NCBI RefSeq assembly: GCF_009914755.1
Contig: NC_060926.1
Strand: one strand, 5' to 3'
DNA from: the human T2T-CHM13v2.0 reference genome, Homo sapiens
Length of the DNA: 64,000 nt
The notes under the pieces are model-generated. The model was not told the origin of the DNA. It was given only the letters and a program-made list of their open reading frames with translations, and did not search any database. The position numbers were made by a program, and so were the translations under genes. Positions within the stretch are counted from its first letter, which is position 1. Each line of letters begins with the position of its first letter. This document shows, piece after piece, positions 25,891 through 40,301 of the stretch.

Positions 25891-26850
25891 GATGACGTCT
25901 CACCCCTGCACCAGCGGGCTGTCTTGCCATCACTGCAGACACAGCAGCATCTCCACTCCTTCCTGCCCGTCCTTGCCTGGGGGTTGGTGGACTGGCATTC
26001 ACTGCTGGAGGGGAGCTGCCTCATTATCAGATAACAAGTTTAAAATGACAAGAATTTGTTTTTCTCATGGAAACAATGGACAGCTGCGTGGGGGCAGTGC
26101 GTGAGAGGTTCTTTTGTGAGAGGGGCTTCCTGAAACTTGACCTTGGTTTTTCCGCCCATCCATGGGGAAATGGGCAGTGAAGGCTTGGAGGAAGAGGACT
26201 GGGACCTGCAGTACCTCTATGCCTCCATGCTCTCCATCCTCTGTGTCTGGGCCAGGCTGGCGCCAACTGGAATACCACTCTAGGAGCCCTTCTCCTCTTG
26301 CTCCTTCCAGGCCCGGCCAGGGAGCTGGAGTCCCATGTGGCTCAGGCCCCACTTGAACATGGCCGCTCTCCATGGGGTTGGCCCCGAGCAGCTCCCTCGG
26401 CGTGGGGGCTCTGGCGCCTCTCCACCTGCAGGTGAGCCCGGGAGGGTTGTCTGCAGCCAAAATCAAGTGTGCATTCTGTGCCAGGCCCTGCCCTCTCCAG
26501 CTGGGCACATGCTCTCAGGGCAGCTGTTATGAGACCCCCACACTGCCCCCACCCATGGCCCTGGGCTGGGCTCCAGGCTATAGCCTGGTGACTGCCCTGC
26601 CCAGTGCCCACACTCCCAGGGCCCCAGACCCTTGAAGACACCTTACCCCTGCACCAGTGGGCTCCCTTGCCTTTGCTGGAGACACAGCAGCACCTGTGGG
26701 CCACATCTGTAGGATGCCACATGGCCACTCCTTCCTGCCCCCCTGGCCTGTGGGTTGGTGGACTGGGGTTCACAGTGGGAGAACAGCATGTGGGAACCAC
26801 ATTATTATGGGGTAACAAGTTTAAAATGACAAGAATTTGTTTTTCTCATG
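25891..26850. repeat. Dispersed direct duplication (25891-26069 and ~26634-26850)
   Basis: Diverged alignable blocks ending in an identical 38-mer at 26032-26069 and 26813-26850. Confidence 0.85.
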
Positions 26851-27235
26851 AATCTTCAATTTGGGCTTGGCTAGGCAGAGACTGCCCCTCATGGTGTCAC
26901 TGTGAGCCCCCTGACGGGGCCAGAGGGTCTCTTCCAAAAGGACACACTCGCTTGGCAGGCTGCTGCAGGCATCACCTGGGAGCTCATGTGAGCGCAGGTC
27001 TCTTCATAGGCTTCTTTAAGGCAGGGAGGCCGGTTCCAAGAGCGGGCATCTCCAGAAAACCAGGAAGCCTTAGAGGGCGCAGCACATCACTTCCACATGG
27101 GATATTGAGTGGAAAAGTCACAGTGGCTCCCTCAGGTGCGAGGAGTGGGGACACTGGCTCCACCTCTTGATGGCTGAGTGGCAGGGATTCTAGAAGAGCC
27201 CGTGGAATGGGATAGGCTATGGCTGACAGTTTTGG
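26810..27235 (-). mobile_element. Old MLT1 LTR remnant
   Basis: 'tttctcatgaatcttcaatttggg', 'catcacttccaca', 'ctccacctcttgatgg'. Confidence 0.55.
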
Positions 27236-27254
27236 GAACGATCTGGCCGGCTCA

Positions 27255-28176
<922 letters not shown>

Positions 28177-29389
28177 TCATAGTGACAGGGGTGAAAATTT
28201 CTCTGCATGAAGAAGAAAGGAAAAAAGGGGGTAAAACTGCATTTTGGTGAAAAGGATTCCGTATCAGCAAGGAGGTGTTTTCACTGAGATCCTGGCTCTC
28301 CACCAATTTGTGTTTATTCATGCAATCCACCCAACATCTGCTGGGCACCACCCCTGAGCGAGGCAGTGCAGGGGACAGAGTTGGCTCAGGTGACATGCTG
28401 GGTTGTGGGGGTTCCCCTTGAGGGATGGACCCTGTGGTGTGACAGAGAGACATGGGCCTTAAATGGCCTCCCAGGGTTGTTGAAGAGGCAGACATGGATG
28501 GGAAAATACCTTGAAACGGGCACCTGTCCTCCAAGGAGTGATGAGCTGAGCTCTTAGAAGTAACGGCTGGCATTCACACTCTGTGCTCTAGTTCACATTA
28601 GGTTCATAGGCAGGAAAGACAGATCCGAGGGTGGGGCAGGGCACATGCCTGGGTGCCTGAAGTGGCAGGATGAATGGGGACTGCAAGGGAGTATTGAGTG
28701 TCCCTGCAGTGGGAGGCCTGGCACTCTCTTCCTCATAGCAGCCTCAGGGCCTGTGTCCCGTGGAGCACAGCCTCTCCCAGCTCAGGAAAGGGCCAGAAGG
28801 CTGGTGATCACACTCCTAGCAGCAGGCTGCTGGGGACTGAAGGCTGCATCTCACAGCCCCCAGGGCCAGGAGCCTGGCCGAGAAGCCCACCGCCTGAATC
28901 AGCTCGCCAGCTGTGTTGTCTTTGGTGGGGGACAATGTGGGGAAAGGCACTGGGGAAGCCAGAGGAGTGTGTGCTCATCCCCCTACCTCCCTGAACACCT
29001 GCCTGGGAGCTTGGGCCAGTGAGGGCTGGTCCTGGGCCCAGCACCCTTCAGCTAGGCAACCAGACACTGCTAGGGTCCTGCCCTGCAAATGAGACAGCTG
29101 TGTCTTCCCTCCTCGCTGCAGCCCCCCTCGGTGTCCATGAGGCCCTGAGATGCCTGTTTCCTTTGCCAGGTCCCTGAGTGACTCTCGCCAGGAAAAGGCT
29201 GAGCAAAGGCAGTGGGGAAGGGCCTGGGCTCCCATCTCTTCTGCCCCCTGCATCTTCTGGGTGTGCTGCCTGCTGGGTGCAGGAAGTGGGGGTCCACTCC
29301 GGGTTCCTGGTTCTGAGATTGTTGTTGTGTCCTCAGCCTACTGCAGCCCCAGCTGCCTCGTTTCTTGGGTGCCGGGTGCATGAATACAA

Positions 29390-32300
29390 TAAGAATAACA
29401 GCACTCAGCCTCAAAGATGCCTGCCCTGCACAGGGGCTGCCCGGAGGCTGGCCCACCTTCGCAGTCCCACTTTACAGGCAGGACAAGAGCCTGTGAGAGG
29501 AACAGCCTCTGCCTGCCGGCACACAGTGGCAGCCTGGGCACTCAGTGACTGCGCTGGGCAAAGAAGCTTGTGCTGGTTGCAGTGCTGGTCTTCGTCAGGT
29601 TCCGTGCCCGTGGTCGATCCATTGCCAGCACGCACAAGGCTGAGCCCTTGGTGGCGCCGCCAATCTGCCCACCCATCTGGGAGGCTAGGGGCTCCATGCC
29701 TTCGAGGTAGGAAGGGGTGGGTGTCCTCAGGGCGCTGGTTGTTCCGAAAGACTGGCTGTGGGCCCTGGGAGATGGCCCTGGGTTTGGGAAGCCCACGGGG
29801 GCACTGTGAGGGTGCAGAGGGGAAATGAGAAGTGTCTGAAGGGGAAACTTCAGAAGCGTCTTCTCTCCCTCTCTCCAGATTCTGAGAGAATGAAGGCTGT
29901 CTAGGGTGACCATCCTACAGAGGAAGGCCGGGGCAGGAGGGGCATGGGGCAGGGGTGTGGCTTCCCACGGGTGCCTGGGGAGAAGGGACCAGTCACATCT
30001 GGGGATAGGTCAGGATCATCGGGAGGGCCGGTGCGCTATGCACACGGGGAACACATGTCCCGCTTCCAATTATCAGCAGCAGTGTAAACATGGTGAGGTC
30101 TTCATCAAAATACAAAAGGAAAACTTGGCAAGTAACTTCCTGGTGCTTTGGTGGTGCCATGCTTGTGACCACCACACTGATGTCAAGAGATCTGGGTTCT
30201 AATTGTGTCTCTACCCGAAGCCAGCCTTGCATCTGATGCACTGTGGCAGGGTTGGCAAAAGCATGGCCTTAGCACTCATAACACTAGGGCCCGCCTGTGC
30301 CTGTGGCAGGCGTCGCTCATCCACCCCAGAGCACTTTTAGGCTGCACTGACAGGCAGCCTGGGGACCCTTCTCAACACGCTGCTTCGGGGAAAACGACTG
30401 AGGTTTTACAGCATGAGGTTGCTCACGGCCAGGCAGGAGCCACTCATTGGATCCTTCAGGCCCCAGCAGCCTGCCTGGCAGGGGCAGGCCCTTTGGAGAC
30501 GCTGAACTGCCGCGCGGCAGGGCTGGTCAGTTTCCTTGTTTCATGCAGCGAGGATAATTCTTGCCTTGCTACAACTGAATCGCAGGTTGCCTTTAAGGTG
30601 GCCACGAGGGAGCAATTGTCCATTGTCACAGCTGCTTCAAGCACAGCAGTGCAGATGGGGCTTAGACCTGTTTGCTGCAGGTAGACTAGTGGCACGGATG
30701 GCCATAACTGCTAACACATGGGTGCTTCCTTCAAGCCAGGGCCTGCCTGAGTGGTTTTCCTGTGTGCTCCACTAAATGGGATGATGTCCATGAGAGACGG
30801 GAAACAAGGCGCGGAGAGGTGAAGCGACTCGCTAAGGTTCTGTGGAGGCAGGAGGGCAGGTAGAGAGGTATGTGTAGGGGCCCACGCTTGCCTCCTCCCA
30901 GGTCACCAGGGCCTTGTCCAAGCACCCAGACCTTTCTGACCAAAATGGTGCTGATGCTGGCCCGGCTGCTCAGGTCAGAGCCCTGGGCCAGGCCCCAGCT
31001 TGTCTGACTTGGTGGGGAGGAGAGAGATGGATGGGGATTGGGTGGGGTGCAGGACTGCAGCTGAATGTGGCCGCCAGCCTTGGGGGCGGTTCCCGGGCTG
31101 GGATCCGGACACAGCTCGGGTTTCTCTAGGGGAGGTTCGTGCCTGCACTTAGCAAGAGCATTGTTCCCAACGAGAAGGGCTTTTTATGTAGGTTCCCTGG
31201 GAAATCAGACAAGTCCAGGCTCCCCGCCGTGTGTCCGCACTCCCTGCAGGCTGGTGGGAGATGCCTGCCCATTTCTTAGCACTGGAGAAAAACACGCTTA
31301 TAAACAAAACAAGACAAAACAAAACAATGTTATTGTTTCCTCTCCTCCTTTGATTTTAAAAGTAATACATGCTCTTTGCAGAGACTTTGGAAAATACAGA
31401 AGAGAATAAAGAGCAAGTGACGCCAGTGGTAAGCCCCCAGCCCGAACTGACTGTGGGGGCAACCTCTGGCACACAGGAGCGAACTCCCCATGAGCTGACC
31501 TTTCTGACCCATCCATTAGGGCCTGGTCGGAGCCAACCGTGGGAAAAGCCTGCCGGCAGGGCCTGGGAGGGGCAGGCATTGTCCCACACCCCTCCCACCC
31601 CGTAAATCCTTCTCAGCCGGAGCCTGCAATGCCCCGTGGGAAGATTGATGGGGACATTGAGCCTGTGGCTGTCCCTGCCCTGGGACACTTGTGATTTAAT
31701 TCCTGCCCAGACTGAGGGAGCTTCTGAAGCTGTTCTTTGCAAAAACAATACCATTCCTGACCCTGAGAAGGAGGAGAGTGGAGAGCTTGGGTCACCCTCC
31801 AAGGTGACATGTAAGGTCAGGGGTGGCCAGAGGCCAGAGCCTAGCTAATCTGTCTGGCGGGAGGCGTCTCTGAATGACGAAACATTTACCTTCCTGCCAC
31901 CATTCAGACCGTCCCTGTGGAGGAGGCCAAGGGGTGCAGAGGGACTCCCCGTAAACAGGGGGATGGACGCCCCCGCCCCAGAGCAGGACACGTCTCTTCC
32001 AGCCTCCTGTCTGTGCTGTTGCAGTTTTGGAAGAGTCTCCCAGAATCTCAGGGAAGGAAAATTTGCACATTGAAAATGCCTCCATTTCTGATCTCTGCAG
32101 GGAGAGACTGGAATCTATAGGCTCCTCCTCCAGGAGGGGCTGGGGTCTGAGGAAGGGCTGGCTCCTTGGAGCCAGGTAGACCCACATTCTGGGCCTGATG
32201 GCCACTTCCTAGCCCCGTGGGCTTGGGCTACTTCCTTCCCTCTGTGAGCTTCAGTCATCTCATCTGTAAAACGGGAATGACCATCACGCTGCCTTCATAC

Positions 32301-33700
32301 AGGAGGCTCGAGGCCCATCCGAGATGGCACAGTGCCCCGCCCATGCAGCCGTCAGGCCCCAGCAGTTGCAATATTATCTACATGTCTCATTGGCAAACAC
32401 GTGATCTCATTTCATTCCATTGTACTGCTGGACAGGAATCCTCAGTTCCCGCGGATGGATGAGGAAAATGAATCTCAGGGAGCTGGAGCTGCTTGCCCGA
32501 GGTTCTGTGGTCAAGACTCAGGTCAGGCTTGAACCTGAGTCTGGTGACCTCAAGCCCTCACCTCTTACCCCCTCAGGATTGAATCTTCTTTTTCTGCACC
32601 GGCCTGTGGCCTGGTTGGCCTCCCAGGTGGCCCCCAGCCCGGTGACTGCACCTCCTGTGACTTGCATGGCAGTGGTGGGCTTGCTGGTCTCAAGGCCCGA
32701 TGCGCAGGTGGCGGGGCAGGGTGGTGGACAAGCTCTCTGCCTGCTCAGCTGCACACAGCGGCCCGGGGCCGCCCACCACCCCAGCTCACCACAGGCCACA
32801 CGGTCACATCGCTGTGCGGCTGCCCCGGCCAAGCTCACCGTCCTCCTTCTCTGGTCCCTCCACCCTGCCTCTTCTGTTCCTAAACTGTCTGTGACCTCAA
32901 CTGTCCTCAGAGTTCTTGGGATGGCCTGGCAGGAGGGCAGATGGATAGGGTTGGGCTGCCTGCTCCACTCGACCAGGGAAACTTGGAGTCACCTCCGTGG
33001 GGCATCCCTTTCTCCCTGCTCCAAGACGGCTTTTCATCCTAACAGTGAAGTTGTTCTGGGAGGTGCACTTGTCAGGAAATAACAGCCTCTCAGCAGAGGG
33101 CAGCTCTTTGGGGCCCACATCAGAGTCCCCATTTCCCTGGCCTGGTGTCCTTCCCACGATGGCCGTGGCCCCTCCAGGGATGGCTCCAGGACTGGCCTAG
33201 AGTGCTGGTCCTGAAAAGCTCCCCCAAAAGCCTGGCGGGCCAGGGCCTGCAGATAAATTCACAGCCTGGCGGGGCCGGGGATCTGGAAACGTCCCCTCAT
33301 GCCTGGGCAGGCTTCCTCCCAGGCCTCTGGGCACCTGTGGCTGTACGCCCATGGGAGGAGGGGAGTCATCTGCTCTCCACTGGCGCTTTGTCTTCTCAAA
33401 TACAGTGGACACATATAGTTCTTCATTATCTTTAAAAATATATGTAGCAAGAAACTATATACAGGGTCTTGTGTGTTAGTTAAAGGCATGACAATGACAT
33501 AGACACGGCTGCCTCTGATTGTCATGGGTGTAAGGAGACACAGCTGGGGGACAATGAGGGGATGTGAGATCTGAATCTGAAACTGACTTCTGGCACTGAC
33601 TACCTGTGTGGCCTTGGGAAGGTCACAGCTGCTCAGACCTGTGTCAACTGAAAATGGGTACACCAAAGGTTCAGGGCATCGTTGAGTAATAGGTCCTAAG
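29390..33700. mobile_element. Scattered degraded MIR fragments (~29390-29550, 30700-30850, 32200-32300, 32450-32560, 33570-33690)
   Basis: MIR core remnants such as 'ctcatctgtaaaacggg', 'atgaggaaaatgaatctcag', 'tgtgtggccttgggaaggtcac'. Confidence 0.5.
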
Positions 33701-36700
33701 ACACCTGCAGAGCTTTTCTGTTTTTTGGCTGGGTGGGGGGAGCATCTTGGCCTGTGTATGCTTGTGAGTAGCGGGCACACAAGGTGCGTGAAGATGCAGG
33801 TGCTGGGTGGCTAATGTGGTGTTTGTCACCTGAGTATTAGTAGCTACCCTGCAGCAGGGTCATCCGGCCCAGCCTTGGTGATGTCACTGTCTCAAGGCAC
33901 CTTTGATTTCTGCCAGCAGCAGGGAGGGCCATGCTGTCTCCAGGGGCTCCAGTGTGCTGGGGGCCAACCTTGGGTGTTTCTCACTTGGCGGCTGAGGAGG
34001 GCCCCCGCGGCGTTCCCAGCCGGCCGTCTGCTCAGGTGCTCACTCTGTCTGATGCTCAAGGATAGCTTGGCACAAGAATGGAATAAGCACTGCCTTTGCC
34101 TGGTCTTTCTGGATGCTGCTTCCTGGGCCCCTTTCCCATCACTTGCCACCTCCCTGCTGTCCTTCAGAGCATGGCAGAGCACATGGTGGCCATTCTCCCA
34201 TGATGCCTCCTTGCAGCCATTGCTCTGCTCTTTGGGGGCTTGGAGTGTCCGGCCTTGGCCATAAATTACACACATCTAGTAATTTTATGAGAATTTATGA
34301 GCTCCTCTTTTGGCTGTGAACACACAACTCCCTTTTTCCTCCTCTGGAGCTGTGAGGTTGGCAGGCTGCACCCAGCTTCATTAATTCCCAGAATGTCAGC
34401 AGAACCTGTTGGGATAAGTGAAGACTCAAATATGTAGTTAAGAAATGGGAGAGGGCCATGGAGTCTTCATGGGGAGATGGGGCACAGCGTGCCGAGGGGA
34501 CGCGCGTGTCTGTGTGCTGCACGTGCTGCAGGGGCCTGGATGCAGCAGGCTGGGGCTTCAGGACTAAGGTCCATGTGGCTGGGAGTGAGCCATGGTGGGT
34601 AGAGTGTGTGTGTCGCCCCGCTCACCTGGGCTGCAGCTGCCTGCCGCCCTGCGCCCTGCGTTCTTGCATGGGAACGTCATTTCTCTTGCTTCCTTCCCCT
34701 CATCTGTGCAGTCTGTTCTGTGGTTTCACACCTATGGCTACCTTGAAGCTTGAAGAAGGTAAATGAGGGCTGCGGTGGGACCCTGCGGTGGCACCGCGGC
34801 CGTGTTGGGGGTCCTGTTCCTGTCTGACATCCGGCAGTTTTTGTCCGCTGGTGTGGGGTTAGGGGAAGCCAGGGCGGGAGGAGCCACTTGCTCCTCAGGT
34901 CTCTGTGGGTATCGGGTAAGGCTGTGGGGACTGGGGGCCCAGGAAGGCTCTAGGGTTCTAGTGAAAGGAAGGGCCTGGAATCACTCACCCCCTGCCGCTG
35001 TCCCCTTTGGCTGCACCCCCAGAATTGTCCTTTGCACTGTGTGTAATTCTTAGATTCCTGTCCCATTTCCCAGTTCCGGGGGGAGCCCTGAGTGAGCATG
35101 TGCAGAGCGGTGGTCTGCATAGCAGTTGCTCAATGTTCCTTTATTGGATGCGATGCCAGAGGCCTTACCTGAGTCCAGTTCCCTTCAGCAACTTCCACCA
35201 AGGCCCTCCTGGGGCTGCTCCTGTGCCAAAGGCGTCACCCCCCCCACCCCACCCCACCCCCACCCCACACACACACAGCCCCTGCCAATCTGCACGGTAC
35301 CTACCGGCTGTTCAACGCACCTCCTTGAGACCCTGCCCAAGCCACGGGCAGGAATTTGGAAAGAGTTTTCCAGGGCCTTCCCGAGCTTGCTCTTTCCCAC
35401 TGTCTTCAGGATTTCCTCCTAGGCTGGGTTCCTCCAGTCCTCCACGGCTGTCCCAGGGATGTGTCTCAGATTCAAGTTGGAGCACGTTCCTCCTGGAGGC
35501 TAAAGCCTGCTGTGGATCCCCACTGCCCTCAGGGTGAAGCCTGTGCTCCCTTCCCAGCTGCAGGTCTTGGCCTTTCCATTCTCCCTGTCTTCTCACACCT
35601 TCTGCTGCAGCCAAGCAAGCTGTGGGGTGCACTGAACTGGGGAGACTGCTCTGTCCCCTGACCCTTCACTCACACCACCCTCTCTTCCTGGAGGACTTCG
35701 TAATCTGAAGAGCTCATCCTGGTGCTACACTTCTCTCGGAACCCTCTCCTGGTCCTCCTGGCAGGCCGGGTGCCCACCTTTTGTGCCCTGCTGGGTTCTT
35801 GCAGACCCCACTGCTGCCCCCGGGCATGCTGGTACATTTCCTCGTTCGCTGGTGTGTCTCCCACAGGGCCCTGAGCTCCTTGAGGCGTCTCGGTGTCGCT
35901 GGAGCAAGCTGTGGGGCTGACACACACTTGGACACACGCATTGTCTGGCCCTCCATCCACTGCACAGACTCCAGCAGGGCCCACAGAGTGCTTGGGTGGT
36001 GCCTGGCCTCCCCTAGCAGTGGGCAGCGCTGCGGCAGGGCTGCGGGCAGAGGCAGCAGGAGCACCAAGGGCAGTGAGGGAGGTGCAGGCAGGGCAGGCTG
36101 GGGCTGCTGGGCCCCGACAAGCACTGTGGAATATTTGTGGCTGCCTAGGCTTTGAGTGGTGGTTGGAGAGGAATTGTAAGCATGCGTGCCGTGTAAACAC
36201 ATGTCACACTGAAATGCGCTGATGGGTGGGGAGTGCTGGGGTGGGGCTGTGTGGCCTCCCTCTCTGGCTCTCTGCTTTTGGGGGAAGTCTAACCTGACAG
36301 CAGAGGCCCAGGTGAAAGCTTTTCTTCCAGGAGATGATGGGTACTGGTTATGGGCTAGGCCCAGCTAGGCACAGGGCTGGGCATGGGGCAGATGTACCCA
36401 CTCGGCACCCCTGTGGGGAATCCCGTCCACTTGCTGCTCTGCTCAGAGGGGAAGTGGAAGCTCCCACAGGTCAGGAGAGGTGGGACCAAGGTTCACACCT
36501 GGCTGTGTCTCTTGTCCAGCCTGGAGACTTTCCCTCAGATCATACCACACCTGGCTGAAGAGGAGCTGACCGTGGAGCCAGGCTCCGTCACCCCCCGTGA
36601 TAGTGCATACCCTCAGGAACCATGCACAGTAGAGGGGCTCCGAGCCATCGGTCCTGGAGACCCTCTTCTAAGGGGGTGCCCCCGCCCCTGGCTGGACTGC

Positions 36701-37049
36701 CAGGAAGGAGGGCGCCTGTCTGTCATCCAAGGAGCAGGGTAGGTGGGTGGGGGAGAGGGGGTGGAGGCACAGGTGGTGCAGGGGAGGTGGTGTATGTGGC
36801 TTCTGGGCTGGCATGCCAGGGACATCGCAGGGCAGCTGGCGCTGGGGAGGGTGGCAGGAAAGCAGCGAGCTTTTGCATTTCATCCAGCTTATCCATTTTA
36901 AAGCTGGGACTCCATTTCTGTTTGCCCTGTAGACTTTCTCACTGCACCCCATACCCTCCCCTCCCTCCCCTCTCACCCTGTTGAGTCCAGAGTGTCGCCC
37001 CCAGCAGCGCTGGCTCAGGAGGCTGCCAGCGAGCCGTGCATGGGCCCAG

Positions 37050-37330
37050 GAAGGCCGTAAATCAAGCACGGCGGCGCACTCTCCATCTTGAGGAATTTGG
37101 AGGAAAAACAGATGGTTGTAGCTGGGCGACATTTACTTTCTGTCTGTCAATATTTGAGAGGTTTTATTACTTTGCAGTGCCAGGTTTTAGAATAAATTAA
37201 ATGGCTAATGGAAATATTAAAATAGAATTAATTTAACTAAACAAATACAACTGGGAGAGTCAGTACGATTTGTTTAGAAGTTACTAAATTTATTTTCAAA
37301 ATGAAGCCTCAGGGAAGGAAATAATTCCTT
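37050..37330. promoter_or_regulatory. Candidate developmental enhancer (AT-rich motif island)
   Basis: PBX-HOX TGATTTACGG (minus, 37055-37064), AACAGATGGT E-box (37107-37116), MEIS TGACAG (minus, 37144-37149), GTAATAAAA (minus, 37162-37170), FOX TAAACA (37238-37243); no repeat recognised. Confidence 0.45.
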
Positions 37331-38541
37331 ACCCCCTTGTGTCGGACCTCAGCCAGACAGACTTCACCAGGCACTCTCTGGGGGCCAGGACCTGGGCTGG
37401 TGTCAGGCAGCAGCTGGGCTGGCCTGGACAAGCCTGCCCGGGTGCTCACAGCCTGGCAGGGGAGACACGCACAAGCCCCAGCCTTGCCTGGGCTCCCATC
37501 AGGGACTTGCCAAGCACATGCGCAGGGCTGGGAGGTGGCTCTGGGGAGGCTGGACTCTGCCTGCCACATCTCCGTCCCATCCCCCTGTCCCTAAGCGCCT
37601 GAGGTTAAAGATTCAGAGGATACTTCAGTCCTATCCCTGCCCTCAGTGAGCTCACAATTGAGGGAGGGAAGCAAGAAGTTAACAGGTAACAGGCAAGATG
37701 CAGTCAAATGCCTCTAGCATTCTAGTGATGCTAGAGACATGCTCAGGGTGTGTTGGGAGAGCATAGGCCAAGATTTTTGTGTTTTTTATTAAAGAAATAT
37801 TGATTTGGTGCCCATTTTAATGCTTTGAGACAAATATGGAAGCAATTCTTTGCCCAACAGCACTAACTGCCTCATGATGGCCATGCCTTTTTGCCAGAAA
37901 CTCCACCATTAGAAAATCTTTTCTTAGACTACAGCATTGCCCTCTGTGTGTCTTTTACAATGCAAGTGGTGGGACCATCTACGTCCCCACCCTAATGCTT
38001 TCCTCAGAAGCAGAGAGGTGGGCCCTAGAGGCTGTGGTTCTTGAGAGGGGGTGAAGGTGCAGAGTGGGGAGGTGGCAGTCCAGAAGGTGGGAGGGAGCTG
38101 GCCTTCATCAAGGGTGGTCCAGGGCGTCTTTATTTATCACTCACGCAGTCCTGCCCTGGGCTGGGGTGCTGGGAGGGCCCAGTGATGTCTTCAGACTTCA
38201 TCCCACATGGATGAGGACCCATGGGCAAGTGGGCCAGGGCGGGGAGGCCTGACTCACCCTCCAGGAAGATGAAGAGCCCTGCTACTCTGGGCCTGGGGCA
38301 CTTCAGGTGCTCAGGATCACCCTCAACAGTCCTGGAGGGGCCTGGGCCTTCCTGTTTCTCCGGCACACTGCTGCCCCTTTGGGGAAGGACCCAGGAACGT
38401 GACTGGCCATCCTTGCCATGAGGTTGCAGGGCCTTCCTCCCAGGGACCGCCCTCTCCTCTGGCCGGTGCCTTAGCACCTGACACCAGGCGAGGGACCCAC
38501 TGGCTTTCTAGAGCGCCTTTGCCCTCAGTGTCCTGGCTGTC

Positions 38542-38910
38542 TGTCTCAGTCGCTTAGTGTCGCTACAACAAAACACCCAAGGATGGGTAACTGATGAGGA
38601 ACAGACAGGTCTCCTCTGGCAGCTCTGGAGGCTGGAAGTCCAGGATCAAGGGGCTGGCAGGTTGGGAGCCTGGTGAGGGCTGCTCGCCACTTCCAGGATG
38701 GCGCCTGGTGCTGAGTCATCCGGAGGCGAGGCACGCTGTGTCCCCTGCAGCAGAAGGTGGGAGAGTCAAGCCCTTTCATAAGCACAGTTAACCCCACTCG
38801 AGGGGGAGGAGCCCCCCAGCCTGGTCACCTCTTAAAGGCTCCACCTCTTGACAGGTTCAAGCTTACTGGCAATATCTGCACTTTGGAGGGGACATGTTCA
38901 AACCATTGTG
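38542..38910 (-). mobile_element. MST-family solo LTR
   Basis: 'ctggaggctggaagtccaggatcaagg', 'cttccaggatggcgcc', 'ttggaggggacatgttcaaacca'. Confidence 0.8.
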
Positions 38911-40301
38911 TCCTCCAACCTTGATTTATTCTGATGGCAGACCTTAAGCGATTGCCTGGCTCTCGGCACTCGCTGGCCACTCAGCTCTTGTTCCTCATCA
39001 TGCACTTATGCCTGCTTCTGGCTGTGGCACTGCCACCTGGCCTCCGCCAGGTTGGGCTCCTGTCCTTGCCCCTGCTGCTCACAGCCGAGGTCTGCAGCAG
39101 CGTCTCCTGCCATCAGCCCAACCTGCGAGGGCCTCCAAGAGTGCGCCACTCACCACTGGGGCCTTCTTATGGGGGTGCGGGACATCCCCCTGCCCTTCCT
39201 GGGAACATGGAATATGGTGGGTTTCCTTCCTATGCAGCCCATCTGCTCAAGCAGGCCCACTTCTGAGAGCCTCTGCTGTGCCTCTGCTGTCTGCTGTGGT
39301 AATGCTGGCATTTCCACTTCTCACAGGCCCTCGCTTCTTGCAAGCTTGCAGGAGCCAGGAGCCATAAGCATGAGCTCTGTAACCCGGGTCCTTTCAGGAG
39401 GCTAAAGCCCTCCATGCCAGCACTTCCTTCCTTACCCGTGGCTCTGAACCATGATGCGGCACCCCCAAATGGGCATGTATTCCCCTGCTACGGCATCTCC
39501 CCTAGCCTTGCAGCCCTCTGGGAACACAGGGAGGTGATCTTGTTCTTCCTCTCACAGACCAGCACCTTCCCACTGGGGTGTGCCAGCTGTGATACTGGTT
39601 GTAGGAGGGAGGGGGCACTTGTCTCCTCTGGCACCGCCTGGAACCTGCCTCATTTGAGCCACTGCAGGCTCTTCAGTCAGGTGGGGCACTGTCTCTTCAT
39701 AGGGGAGGGGGCTGCCCTGCCCTCTCCTCTTGGCGGATTCCAGGATCTAGGAGTTGCACCTCTAAGTCTCCACATCCCTGGCCTCGAGTCCCATTCTTTG
39801 CACATTGGAGCCCTGAATGTGTTGTGGGGAGTATGCCTGGGCTAGAATTCCATTTTTTCTGAAGCGTGGTGCTTGTGCAGTCGGGTCCTGAGCTCACTCT
39901 CTGCTCTCTGTCCTTGGCTCAGATTAGGGCTTCCCTCAGTGCTGTCAAGGAGGCCCCTGAGATTTCACCTTGTGCCTTGAATGGGTCATTGATCACCCTA
40001 AGCCTGTTTTCATTTTCAGTGAATTGGTGACCTCAGCCAAGTGCTGTCCAGTTCCCTGGTCCTATGTGACTACTTCTCTCAGGGCCAGCGATGCTGCCCT
40101 GGCCCCTGCGTCCTCCTCTGCAGGTCTCCCGGCCCTGCTCACCATGGGCATGATTCACCTTTTATGCCTTGGCAGCACCCAGAGCTCTCCAGTCTCCATC
40201 TCCCAGGAGTGGCGGGTCTCCATTGCCCCCGGGCTGGTCAGAGAGCCGGCTCCAACATCTGCCTTTGGAGTCGGCCTCCCAGGTCCGCTGCCAGAGCTGA
40301 C

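Noticed and set aside
29645-29660. CTCF-like sequence gcccttggtggcgc and similar partial matches elsewhere
   Set aside because: Mismatches at core positions; expected by chance at this GC content.
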